Below the pieces are notes generated by a model. The model saw nothing but the letters and a program-made list of their open reading frames with translations, did not search any database and was not told the DNA's origin. From Promethearchaeota archaeon (GTDB taxonomy: Archaea; Asgardarchaeota; Lokiarchaeia; Sigyniarchaeales; SOKP01): a DNA stretch of 64,000 bases. Positions 20,318 to 30,021 of this stretch are shown here, one piece after another. The translations under genes were made by a program, and so were the position numbers. The DNA lies in assembly GCA_048941285.1 (NCBI GenBank), contig JBHLNS010000008.1, positions 1-64,000 on the forward strand, in the 5' to 3' direction. How positions within the stretch are numbered: the stretch's first letter is position 1; the number at the start of each line of letters is the position of its first letter.

Positions 20318-20348
20318 GAGAGAAGAAATATTAATTATTTTTTCTCTT
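20318..20348. terminator. Hairpin between convergent genes, candidate bidirectional terminator
   Basis: GAGAGAAGAAATA-ttaat-TATTTTTTCTCTT (13-bp stem with two G-U pairs), followed by T-rich tract. Confidence 0.4.
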
Positions 20349-20381
20349 CTTATTATCTTATTTTTTTATTATAAAGGTTTC

Positions 20382-20807
20382 TCAATGTTCTAAATAATCA
20401 ATTTTTGTGAAATCCTTAAATTTAGAGTTAAGAATTTTGATGATCTTTTGTGAAAAATATTTAAAGCGAGAAATGTCTCCATTAAAATTATCTAGAATCT
20501 CTTTGTATTGAGTTAAAAAACAATTAATAATTGTTTCAGATATATTTTCTAATTTTTTTTTATCAAAATCTACATTCTCACATTTAAGAACTAGATGATA
20601 ATTAGATTTGTGAGTATAAAAGAAAAAAAGAAAACTGTCTAATACTAATGTTCTTAAACTTTCTTTAAAGCTCATTTTTGTGAACCGACAGATTATATCA
20701 AAATAGCTTGCTAAAGATTGTTCATCATGCAGTTTATTATTATTAATAAAATTATGATAAAATAAAGCAATTCCTGCTTGATCTATAATCATTAATTCTT
20801 TAATCAT
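20382..20807 (-). CDS. Longin-like domain protein
   Basis: MIKELMIIDQAGIALFYHNF…LASYFDIICRF…IINCFLTQY…FNGDISRF pattern typical of Asgard longins. Confidence 0.7.
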   Translation of the reverse strand: MIKELMIIDQAGIALFYHNFINNNKLHDEQSLASYFDIICRFTKMSFKESLRTLVLDSFLFFFYTHKSNYHLVLKCENVDFDKKKLENISETIINCFLTQYKEILDNFNGDISRFKYFSQKIIKILNSKFKDFTKIDYLEH

Positions 20808-21065
20808 CTTAATTACATATTCTTATCTGGATTTTCCAACTAAAATTATTGAATAACTTAGTTTTAAACTTTTATTCTAGATAATATAGAATTCACAATA
20901 ATATATTCTCTTGAATTTAATACGCAAATCTTGTATATAAATGCATATTATTTGTTTAATAATAAAATAGGAAATAATTTCGTCGAATATTTAAAAAAAA
21001 TAGAGTATTAATTAGCTTTAAACAAAATAATTCTTTAATATAATCAAGCAAATTATATTGACAAA

Positions 21066-21260
21066 TTGATGAAAATGGTATGGGGCGGTTCATTAAACAA
21101 ACAAGGTTCTAACCATATTAGAAAACTTAGAGAAACCGATAAAATAATTGAATTTTTAGAAAATTTTAAAGAGGATTTGAATCCCAAAGAAAAAGAATAT
21201 ATCTCTAAAACAATTGAAATCATAATAAATTATATATCAAAAATCTCAGAAAGAAAATAG
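21066..21260 (+). CDS. Small hypothetical helical protein (start uncertain)
   Basis: 64-aa ORF filling intergenic gap, charged amphipathic composition. Confidence 0.45.
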   Translation: MMKMVWGGSLNKQGSNHIRKLRETDKIIEFLENFKEDLNPKEKEYISKTIEIIINYISKISERK

Positions 21261-21267
21261 TTAGATT

Positions 21268-21837
21268 TTATAATTTGTTCATAATTTCTTTAATAATCTT
21301 AACGATCTGGTCAGCTACTTCTTGTACTTTATCGGTGAGATTGAATTCGAAAAAGGGTAGATCCTCGCTCTCACTCCTTTCCTCTAATGAATATTTACTT
21401 TCTTTATAGAAAACTAATTCTGAAAATCCATTAAGGCTTTTTGGCACAATTCCTATCATAAAAACCTTTAAATTTGGTAGTTTGCCAATAATTAAATCAA
21501 TAACAATATGGATTGGGATGGTATGTGAAGATATTGATGTAGATTCTTTAATATTTTCTCGTTCAATTATTGCAACTGTGCCAGGAGGTCTGCTTAGAGT
21601 ACATGTATCTAAAAGGACTAGATGAGATGGCCTAAATTCTAAAATTCTATCAATTCTGCTCATTGGATCAACTCCAGCGTTAATAAATAGATATCTTTCA
21701 TTTGAATAATTCAATAATTCACTTATAATGTAAGGTCCAACACCATCATCACTTAATTTTTCTTCTCCTATACCTATAAAAGCAATTTTCACTGCATTAT
21801 TTAGTTTTAATAAGAGCTTTTTAAGGAGTTCATACAT
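21268..21837 (-). CDS. Hydrogenase maturation endopeptidase (HycI-like)
   Basis: FIGIGEEKLSDDGVG…LVLLD…SSHTIP…IGIVP. Confidence 0.85.
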   Translation of the reverse strand: MYELLKKLLLKLNNAVKIAFIGIGEEKLSDDGVGPYIISELLNYSNERYLFINAGVDPMSRIDRILEFRPSHLVLLDTCTLSRPPGTVAIIERENIKESTSISSHTIPIHIVIDLIIGKLPNLKVFMIGIVPKSLNGFSELVFYKESKYSLEERSESEDLPFFEFNLTDKVQEVADQIVKIIKEIMNKL

Positions 21838-21984
21838 GATTATACTATTTATAAATATGTTAATACGCAATATATAATTAGATTATTTAAAAATAAGAAA
21901 CAAAGTAATATTTTATTATTAATTAAAATAAAAGTATATTCTCGTTAAGAATTAACTTTCTAAAAATGTAGAGGAAAATAATAT

Positions 21985-23841
21985 TTGGGTAAAAAAAATA
22001 TTGATAAAGGACTTTTTCAGCAGAAAATTCAACAATTAATTAATAATTTAGATATAATATATTTTAAAGGCGAACTGAAAGGTAAACTATTAATGCATAA
22101 TACTGCGCTTAATAGAATCTTGGGTTTAGCGCCATCTATAGATTTAACTGGATCTTTTGCATCTCAATTTTTTTCTGATGATGAAGTACAGAAAAAATAC
22201 TATGAAGAGTTAGAAGAAAATGGATTTGTTAAAGATTTAATTGTTAAAGTTAAAAAATCTGATGGTAACATAATTTACATGCAAATTAATTCACATCTTA
22301 TAAAAGATCCAGACGAAAAGAATATCCTTATAGAAGGAACTGCCGCAGATATTACTGAGAAATACTTCCTTGAGCAAAATTTAAAAGAAACGGAAAGACA
22401 ATACAAAATAATTTCAAATAATGTCAATGATTTAATTGCAATTCTAAATAAAGATTTAAAACATGAACATATCAATAATAATGCTTATTTTAATGTATTG
22501 GGATATACAAAAGATGAAGTTATCGGTAAATTAATAAGAGATTTCGTACATCCTGAGGATATTATGAAAATCTCAAAAGCTACTAAAGAAGGATTAATTA
22601 GAGGAGTGATGTTAGAAGAATATCGCATTAAACATAAAGATGGACATTATATTTGGGTAGAATCAAAAGGTAGTTTTTTAAAAGAGAATGACGAGATTAC
22701 TGGAGCGATATTCATTTCAAGAGATATTACGGATAAGAAAGAAGCTGAGCAAAGAATTAAAGAATCTGAAAATAAATACCGCACTCTATTTGAATCTAGC
22801 ACAGATGGAATTTATTCTACTGACATGGAGGGCAAATTTATTGAATTTAATGAAGCTTTTCTTAAAATGCTCGGATACTTGAGGGAGGAACTATTAGTTA
22901 AAAACACTCGTCAAATTACACCATCAAAGTGGTATGAGATAGATGATGAAATAACTTTTACGCAATTATCTGATGAACAAAGTAAAATATATGAAAAAGA
23001 ACTTATTCGAAAAGATGGTTCAACAATCCCTGTTAGTGTAAGATTTTGGATTTTACAAGATGAACAGAGTGATCCATACAGAATTTGGGCAATTGTAAGA
23101 GACATTACAGAACGCAAGCAAATGGAAAACGAATTAAAAGAAATCAATAGAATTAAATCTGAATTTTTAAGAAGATCTTCTCATGAATTAAAAACTCCCT
23201 TAGTTTCTATCAAAGGTTTTTCAGAGTTAATTTTATCGAAATATTCAGAAGATCTTAGCCCAAGTATTATTTCAAACTTAGAGGAAATAAATAAAGGCTG
23301 TGAAAGATTACAGGGTATAATCAATAACCTTTTACAAACTTCAAAATTGGAATCAACTGAATTTAAACCCAAATTTGAAATTGAAGATTTAACTTTCCTG
23401 ATTAATTACTGTATTGAAGAATTACACCCTTTTGTTGCAATGAGAGAACATTCTATTAATGTGGAGATCCCTGACAGAATAATAACTAAATTTGAAAAAG
23501 AAGAAATTCATGAAGTAATTACAAATTTACTAACTAATTCTATAAAATATACTCCTCCAAAAGGGTGGATTGATGTTAAAGCAGAAATAACAAAAGATTG
23601 TGTTATTGTTTCAATAAAAGATAACGGAATTGGTTTTACAGAAGAGGAGAAAAAAAAGATATTTCAACAATTTGGAAAAGTTGAACGTTATGGCCAAGGA
23701 CTCGATTTAGGAATTGATGGATCGGGTTTAGGTTTATATATTTCAAAGAAAATAGTAGAAGCTCATGGTGGGAAAATTTGGATGGAATCTCAAGGTAAAA
23801 ATAAAGGAAGTACTTTTTACTTTTCACTTCCAATTATTTAA
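21985..23841 (+). CDS. PAS-domain sensor histidine kinase
   Basis: Three PAS/PAC units (DITE/DITD), SHELKTPL H-box, NLLTNSIKYT, DNGIG, GSGLGL. Confidence 0.95.
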   Translation: MGKKNIDKGLFQQKIQQLINNLDIIYFKGELKGKLLMHNTALNRILGLAPSIDLTGSFASQFFSDDEVQKKYYEELEENGFVKDLIVKVKKSDGNIIYMQINSHLIKDPDEKNILIEGTAADITEKYFLEQNLKETERQYKIISNNVNDLIAILNKDLKHEHINNNAYFNVLGYTKDEVIGKLIRDFVHPEDIMKISKATKEGLIRGVMLEEYRIKHKDGHYIWVESKGSFLKENDEITGAIFISRDITDKKEAEQRIKESENKYRTLFESSTDGIYSTDMEGKFIEFNEAFLKMLGYLREELLVKNTRQITPSKWYEIDDEITFTQLSDEQSKIYEKELIRKDGSTIPVSVRFWILQDEQSDPYRIWAIVRDITERKQMENELKEINRIKSEFLRRSSHELKTPLVSIKGFSELILSKYSEDLSPSIISNLEEINKGCERLQGIINNLLQTSKLESTEFKPKFEIEDLTFLINYCIEELHPFVAMREHSINVEIPDRIITKFEKEEIHEVITNLLTNSIKYTPPKGWIDVKAEITKDCVIVSIKDNGIGFTEEEKKKIFQQFGKVERYGQGLDLGIDGSGLGLYISKKIVEAHGGKIWMESQGKNKGSTFYFSLPII

Positions 23842-23977
23842 GATTAGTTTATAAAATAATAGATAAATAAACATAGATTTCTACCTATCTTTTATATTTT
23901 TATTTTACTTAATTTAAAAATAGAGAAAAGAACACGTAAAAATTCATTAATTATGAATAATTCACATTTAATATTAT

Positions 23978-24583
23978 ATGACAGAAGATTTAGCTGAGAA
24001 AACTGAGAAAGTTCAGTTACAAGGAATAATCGAAAAAGATAAAGTAATTATTTCGGATAATAAATCATTTGAAGAATTCTATAACAGTTCATATATTGGC
24101 ACAATAGAAACAAATACTAGTGGTCACAAAATTTTAGTTTTAAACCCAACTGAAGTTTTACTTTTATGTGAGAGGAATAGGATACTAATATGGAAAGATA
24201 ATGATAAAACCAAGAATTTATATGATTTTGAAGAGTTATTGACTTATTTCACTCAATATGATGAGCGTCTTTGGCAAAAATATATAATTTATATGGATTT
24301 AAGAAAAAGAGGTTATATTGTTCGTACAGGTTATGGAGACGGTATAGATTTTCGAGTTTATAAAAGAGGTGCTGATTTTGAAAAAGATTCAGCAAAATTT
24401 TTAATATTTCCTGTATTTGAAGGAAATCCTATTGAATTGAGAGAACTAGATAAAATGTCTAGGGTCGCTATGAGTTCTCGCAAGGACCTAATAGTTGCTA
24501 CTGTTGATATATTGAGTAAACCTATATATTATTCAGTTAAAAAATTTCAAATATTAAATAAAGGAGAAGATAACAATGGCTAG
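23978..24583 (+). CDS. endA: tRNA-splicing endonuclease subunit (probably non-catalytic/structural)
   Basis: YMDLRKRGYIVRTG…DFRVY…RVAMSSRK…ATVD…YY; catalytic His position appears to be Ser. Confidence 0.8.
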   Translation: MTEDLAEKTEKVQLQGIIEKDKVIISDNKSFEEFYNSSYIGTIETNTSGHKILVLNPTEVLLLCERNRILIWKDNDKTKNLYDFEELLTYFTQYDERLWQKYIIYMDLRKRGYIVRTGYGDGIDFRVYKRGADFEKDSAKFLIFPVFEGNPIELRELDKMSRVAMSSRKDLIVATVDILSKPIYYSVKKFQILNKGEDNNG

Positions 24584-26234
24584 TAAATTCACATGCGACA
24601 CATCAGTAATTTTTGATGGGCAGATCCTTAATTTAATTGAAAATGGAGAATTAGGAGAAAAACCAGAAATTTTTATTTCGAATGTAGTTATTGCTGAAGT
24701 AGAATATAGAACTAATATTCAGAAAGAAATTGGTTTCTTCGGCTTAAATGTTCTAAAGCAGTTAAGAAAGTTTCATGATGAGAATGTTATTACCCTCCAT
24801 GTTATAGGAAAAAGACCAACAAGGGATGAAATAAAAATGGCTCCAGGTGGAGAATTAGATGCTTTAATTAGAGAATCAGCACTAGAAAATGGTGCAACTT
24901 TAATCACTTCAGACAGAATTCAAGGAGATGTTGGAGTTTTTGAAGGGTTAGATGTCTTTTTTACATGGGAAAAAAAAATTTTGAGAGAAAAAGAACCTCT
25001 TTCGCTAAAACTATTAGAATTTTTTGATGAAACCACAATGAGTGTTCATCTTAAAAGAAATTTACCACCTTATGCTAAGAAGGGTGCTCCCGGTAGTTGG
25101 CATCTTGAAAGGGTGAGTGAAGAACCATTAAACCCGCAAATGATTGAAGATATCGCTCTTGAAATTATTGAGAATGTACGAGAAGATCAGCATTCATTTA
25201 TAGAAATTGAAAGAGAAGGGGCAGTTGTAGCACAATTACGTGAATTTAGAATAGTAATAACCCGTCCACCTTTTTCTAATGATGTAGAAATAACTGCAGT
25301 AAGACCTCTAGTAAGTTTGAGTTTATCAGATTATTCGATTGATAATAGATTACAGAAAAGGTTGCAAAAAGCAGAAGGAATCCTTGTAGCTGGCCCTCCT
25401 GGAGCAGGAAAATCTACTTTTTCAGCAGCATTAGCGAATTATTATCTGAGTCAAGATAAAGTCATTAAAACACTTGAAAGTGTAAGAGATTTACAAGTTG
25501 AACCTGAAATAACTCAATACACTAAATTAGAAGGAAGTCTTGAGAATTCAGCAGATATTCTCTTACTTGTAAGACCTGATTTTACAATTTTTGATGAAGT
25601 CAGAACTACAAAAGATTTTGAAGTTTATTCAGATTTCCGATTATCTGGAGTAGGTATGGTCGGAGTAGTCCATTCATCGTCTGCTATTGACGCTATTCAA
25701 AGATTTATAGGGCGTATAGAACTTGGAATGTTACCTTCCATAATTGATACGATTATTTTTATTGAAGGTGGGGATATCTCAAGTGTTTTAGTTATAAAGA
25801 TGACTGTAAAAGTTCCCTCGGGTTTTAGAGACAGAGATCTTGCTAGACCTGTGGTTGAAGTAAGAGATTATAAAACTAGGCAATTAGAGTATGAAATCTA
25901 TTCGTTTGGGCAAGATATTGTAATAAATCCAATAAGACCTAAGAGACAAAAAGATAAATCTAGTCAATATATGGAATTAACTAAATATGGAAGAAATAAA
26001 TCTAAAAAGGAAAAGATAAATCTTGAAATAGAAGTATTGAAAGATAGAATAATTTTAAAAGCAGCTCCTGAATATGCCAGTCAAAATGTAATTATTTTTT
26101 CTAACCAACAAGAAATTTTTACTGGTTCTCTAAGTAGAAAAAGTGAGATTAATTTGTCCTTGTCTAACAAAGAGGGAAGAAAAATATTAAAGGAATTTGA
26201 TAGAAACAAAGATTTATACGCAATAGTAAAATAA
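24576..26234 (+). CDS. PINc/VapC-family ATPase (PINA-like)
   Basis: PIN domain (CDTSV…GELDALIR…LITSD), Walker A GPPGAGKST, FDEVR, GMVGVVHS. Confidence 0.9.
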   Translation: MASKFTCDTSVIFDGQILNLIENGELGEKPEIFISNVVIAEVEYRTNIQKEIGFFGLNVLKQLRKFHDENVITLHVIGKRPTRDEIKMAPGGELDALIRESALENGATLITSDRIQGDVGVFEGLDVFFTWEKKILREKEPLSLKLLEFFDETTMSVHLKRNLPPYAKKGAPGSWHLERVSEEPLNPQMIEDIALEIIENVREDQHSFIEIEREGAVVAQLREFRIVITRPPFSNDVEITAVRPLVSLSLSDYSIDNRLQKRLQKAEGILVAGPPGAGKSTFSAALANYYLSQDKVIKTLESVRDLQVEPEITQYTKLEGSLENSADILLLVRPDFTIFDEVRTTKDFEVYSDFRLSGVGMVGVVHSSSAIDAIQRFIGRIELGMLPSIIDTIIFIEGGDISSVLVIKMTVKVPSGFRDRDLARPVVEVRDYKTRQLEYEIYSFGQDIVINPIRPKRQKDKSSQYMELTKYGRNKSKKEKINLEIEVLKDRIILKAAPEYASQNVIIFSNQQEIFTGSLSRKSEINLSLSNKEGRKILKEFDRNKDLYAIVK

Positions 26235-26275
26235 GCTTGCAATAGATATCTAAAGAACCTATTTAGGTACAAAAA

Positions 26276-27037
26276 TTATTTATTTTTGTTTATTAATTCG
26301 TTCACTTTTTCCATTATTAGTGGAAAAACATCCTCAATTAAATTATCAAACCTTATATCTGCAATATTATCCAGTGGAGTAACTCCTTTATTAAGAATTA
26401 TTAATTTTGCACCACTTTCTTTTGCAATTTCTGGCATATAAGCAGCAGGACTCACCACTAAAGATGATCCTATAACAAAAAAAACATCAGCTCTCTCCGA
26501 GCGTCTTATTGACTCTTGAAGCTCATCATAAGGAAGAGAATCGCCAAAATTTACAATACTCGATATAATCCGTCCATTACAATGAGGACATGTTGGTTGG
26601 CCTTCTCGAACAGGGTAAGTCCTATATCCTGGCCCCCATATACTTTTGTCCCAACCAGCATCTTCAAATAATAATTTTTTGTTACATGATAAACACTTCA
26701 TAAAAAACTGATTACCATGAAGTTCTGCCAACATATGAAAAGGGATTCCTGATTTAGAGTGAAGCCCATCCACATTTTGTGATATTAAATAATTTAGCTT
26801 TCCCATTTCCATCAGTTCTACAATTGCATAATGACTTGAATTAGGTTTTACTTGATCCCATTCTACTTTTGGTTTAGGAGGTGGTAAGCCTTTGTCACGT
26901 CGAGTCCATAAACCATCTGGACCTCTAAAATCAGGTAATCCACTATCGGTTGAGATCCCAGCCCCTGTGAATACAACTAAGCGTTCTGATTCAGCTATCC
27001 ACATAGCTGCCAAGTTAATTTTTTTTTCAAAATCCAT
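26276..27037 (-). CDS. Sir2-family NAD-dependent deacylase (SIRT6/class IV-like)
   Basis: GAGISTDSGLPDFRG, SQNVDGLH, ELHGN, CxxC…CxxC, GSSLVVSPA. Confidence 0.93.
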   Translation of the reverse strand: MDFEKKINLAAMWIAESERLVVFTGAGISTDSGLPDFRGPDGLWTRRDKGLPPPKPKVEWDQVKPNSSHYAIVELMEMGKLNYLISQNVDGLHSKSGIPFHMLAELHGNQFFMKCLSCNKKLLFEDAGWDKSIWGPGYRTYPVREGQPTCPHCNGRIISSIVNFGDSLPYDELQESIRRSERADVFFVIGSSLVVSPAAYMPEIAKESGAKLIILNKGVTPLDNIADIRFDNLIEDVFPLIMEKVNELINKNK

Positions 27038-27078
27038 AACAAACAAAAAAAGAATTGAATTTAAAAAGCTTTTTATTA

Positions 27079-27249
27079 TTATTCAATATCACTTAAATTC
27101 ACACTCTTCGTTTCCTTCAAAAAAGCAAGTACTAGAAAAAAGACAATAAAAAGAAGTAAACTAAAACTAAAAAAAGATGCCGCTAAACCTTGAATGAAGG
27201 AAATTAAACTACTTAACATTAAGCCAACTGTTATATCTACAACATTCAA
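27079..27249 (-). pseudogene. C-terminal remnant of an MFS transporter (56 codons)
   Basis: …ITVGLMLSSLISFIQGLAASFFSFSLLLFIVFFLVLAFLKETKSVNLSDIE*, two TM helices plus MFS-like ETK tail; in-frame stop just upstream. Confidence 0.55.
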
Positions 27250-27348
27250 ACATTACCGTAACTAAATATATTAAAATTCTCAATACTTAATTTTTTAATA
27301 GAATTTTATGTGTCAAAAGAGATTATAGAATTTATTATCTTTTAGGTT

Positions 27349-28071
27349 TCAAAAGTTCAACATTTTTATTAGATTTTCTAAATTTCTTTCAAGGTTATAA
27401 TATTGAACCATCTCAAGAGGTTCTTCTAAATCATCTAATGTATTTAGAGTATGAGAATCACATCCAATCGCAACTGGTATTTTATATTCTCTCAATTTTT
27501 CAAAGAATCTTTCATATCGAGGAGAATAGAATGACGGATAACTAGAGTTAAATTCAAAATAGATATTATGTTTTTTGAGAAATTTCATTACGTTATCAAG
27601 ACTTCCTAACATAAAATACGAAGGATCAAAATGTGCTAATCCTAAAATAGGAAATCTATTAGGATCATTTATCTGATTTTTCCAATAATAAATTAGGTTT
27701 TCTACAAAAGCAAATGTTTCATAATTTTGCAGATATTCGAATAATATCAAATTCAGTTCATTTATTTTAATATATTTTTTAATAAAATGCTCTGAACTAG
27801 CGAGATCTACTTCTAATCCTTTTAAAAGAATTAAGTTAAGATTTTTTTTTGATAAATAGGTTTGCCAATATGATATTTCCGCTAAATAAGCTGAAATTGA
27901 GTCGTCATTATTTAGTGTAGAAACCCATGCTTTCCAAGAATTAGTTAGGTGATCCGTTATTGCAATATAATCAAGATTTAATTTGATGGATTTTTCCACT
28001 ATTTGATTAATGGTTTGTTTCCCATCAGAATAATTTGAATGGATATGTAAATTTAATTTCGGAAATTGCAT
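27349..28071 (-). CDS. PHP-domain protein
   Basis: NLHIHSNYSDG…AITDH…GLE…LAH…GCDSH. Confidence 0.9.
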   Translation of the reverse strand: MQFPKLNLHIHSNYSDGKQTINQIVEKSIKLNLDYIAITDHLTNSWKAWVSTLNNDDSISAYLAEISYWQTYLSKKNLNLILLKGLEVDLASSEHFIKKYIKINELNLILFEYLQNYETFAFVENLIYYWKNQINDPNRFPILGLAHFDPSYFMLGSLDNVMKFLKKHNIYFEFNSSYPSFYSPRYERFFEKLREYKIPVAIGCDSHTLNTLDDLEEPLEMVQYYNLERNLENLIKMLNF

Positions 28072-28082
28072 GAATAACCGTG

Positions 28083-29981
28083 CTACAAATTTAGAGTTTT
28101 CGTTTCCTTATTTAAATAAAGACTGAATAGCCCCCCAAATAATAACGTCGTACCAAGAAAGATCAGAACTGCGTTAAAAATATATTCTGCTGTCAATTGG
28201 GGTAAATTAACAGAACCAAAAGTAATTGAATCTATTGAAATTAAATCAACTGCAAATAAAATCATTAGAAGATAGATAAAAATTGAAGAACCAATTTGAA
28301 TTAAACTTATAATTATGTTTGCAGTGTAAATTAGCTTTGCTTTACTCTTTTTCAACTCAATTATTTGACCAATTCCAATATCAATAGCTACTTCTTTTTT
28401 ATTAACCCGTTTAATAAAAAAATAAACTATTTCTTTAAGAGGAAATATGTCTAAAATTATTGTCGCAATTGTAAAAATACTTATAGAAATTAGAATTCGC
28501 AATAATACATATGAAAAAATTGAAGTAAACCCAATTATCGGAGAATTTAGTACGCTGAAATTATTTAAAATTAAAATAAAAATTCCAACAATAATAAGAG
28601 CAAAAAATTTCAACCCTGCTAGAGTTAAAATCATTGAATGACGATCTGCTATTGTTACTAAATAATAGGTTATTCCAATAAATAGTATAATTAAACCAAG
28701 AAGAATAGCATTAGGATTTAATACAAAGCTTAGTATTAAACATGTAGACCCAATAATAACGGGCAAATAGGGAAAGAATGGAGCTTTAAATGGACGATCT
28801 AACTCTTTTCTTTTATATCTTAGAATAACTGCGGCAAAATTTACAAAAGCTAATCCAAAAAAATAAATAAATGTGGTAATATTTGCTGTGAATCCGACAT
28901 TAGCAAAAATGATGGCCAAGACAGTAAAAAATATTGCTATAGTGGTTGTTACTATCGTAACTAAAGTAGGAACCTTTGTTTTTTTACTTACTTTTAAAAA
29001 TCTTTTTGATATATAATGATCCCTTGCTAATGCATACATTACGGCCACAGCAGAACCTAAAGCAGCATTCATTGCAATAAATATTGAAATCGTTGCTGCG
29101 ATACCCATTAATATATACCCAGGAATTCCTAAAATATCATTCATCACAAAAGCTAATAAGATTGGAGAAGTTGTTAAATCTGATGAATAAGTACCTAAAT
29201 TAATCATCACGACTATTGTCATGGATATATAAATAATTAGGGTTATTAAAATTGCAAAAATATTAGTTTTTGGTATATTTTTTGATGGTGTTTTTAAATC
29301 TGCATTCAGGTAGGCTAAATTTGAGGTAATACTAGTAAAAAAAATAAATAAGGATGAAAACCAAAAAATTACTACAAAGAAATTGGTTTCAGAAACTAAA
29401 AAACTTGGATCAAAGTTGAATGGATTCGTACTTGGAGCAATTAAAAAACCTGCAAATATGAAAATCCCAAAAATAATTAATAAAATTATTGTTAAAGACA
29501 CTAGGGCTCTTAAAGCTATTTTTTGAGTCCGAAACATAACTACCGCTGTAAATAGAATTGATAAAACCGCGATTGGTATAAATAAATTTTGAAGAAATGT
29601 TCCTGGAAAAAAAGCTTCCACTAAAACAGTAAAGGCTTGAGCTGAAAATGAAAATGTAGCAATATTAGCGATCCATAAAAAAAAACCAATAATAAAAGCT
29701 AAAAATCCTCCTAAAGCCTCTTTACTAAAGTTATAAGCACCCCCTGATATTGGCAAACTGGTAGATAATTCACTATAATTCAGAGCTGTAAAAAATATCA
29801 ATATACCCCCAAGAATTAAGCTAACTAGAACTCCAGCTTGGGCTTCTTCAATAGCTGAACCTAGTAAGATAAAAATTGAACCCCCAATACCACACCCAAT
29901 ACCATATAAAATTCCTGTTATCAATCCTATATGTCGAGTTGAACGGACTTTTTCTTGGTCTTTTTCAGTCAATAAAACCAC
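28083..29981 (-). CDS. APC-family amino acid permease
   Basis: GIGGSIF…YSELSTSLPISGGAY…RPFKAPFFPYLP, many TM segments. Confidence 0.9.
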   Translation of the reverse strand: MVLLTEKDQEKVRSTRHIGLITGILYGIGCGIGGSIFILLGSAIEEAQAGVLVSLILGGILIFFTALNYSELSTSLPISGGAYNFSKEALGGFLAFIIGFFLWIANIATFSFSAQAFTVLVEAFFPGTFLQNLFIPIAVLSILFTAVVMFRTQKIALRALVSLTIILLIIFGIFIFAGFLIAPSTNPFNFDPSFLVSETNFFVVIFWFSSLFIFFTSITSNLAYLNADLKTPSKNIPKTNIFAILITLIIYISMTIVVMINLGTYSSDLTTSPILLAFVMNDILGIPGYILMGIAATISIFIAMNAALGSAVAVMYALARDHYISKRFLKVSKKTKVPTLVTIVTTTIAIFFTVLAIIFANVGFTANITTFIYFFGLAFVNFAAVILRYKRKELDRPFKAPFFPYLPVIIGSTCLILSFVLNPNAILLGLIILFIGITYYLVTIADRHSMILTLAGLKFFALIIVGIFILILNNFSVLNSPIIGFTSIFSYVLLRILISISIFTIATIILDIFPLKEIVYFFIKRVNKKEVAIDIGIGQIIELKKSKAKLIYTANIIISLIQIGSSIFIYLLMILFAVDLISIDSITFGSVNLPQLTAEYIFNAVLIFLGTTLLFGGLFSLYLNKETKTLNL

Positions 29982-30021
29982 AATAAATTTATTCCAAGAA
30001 TATTAAATAGTTAAATTAATA

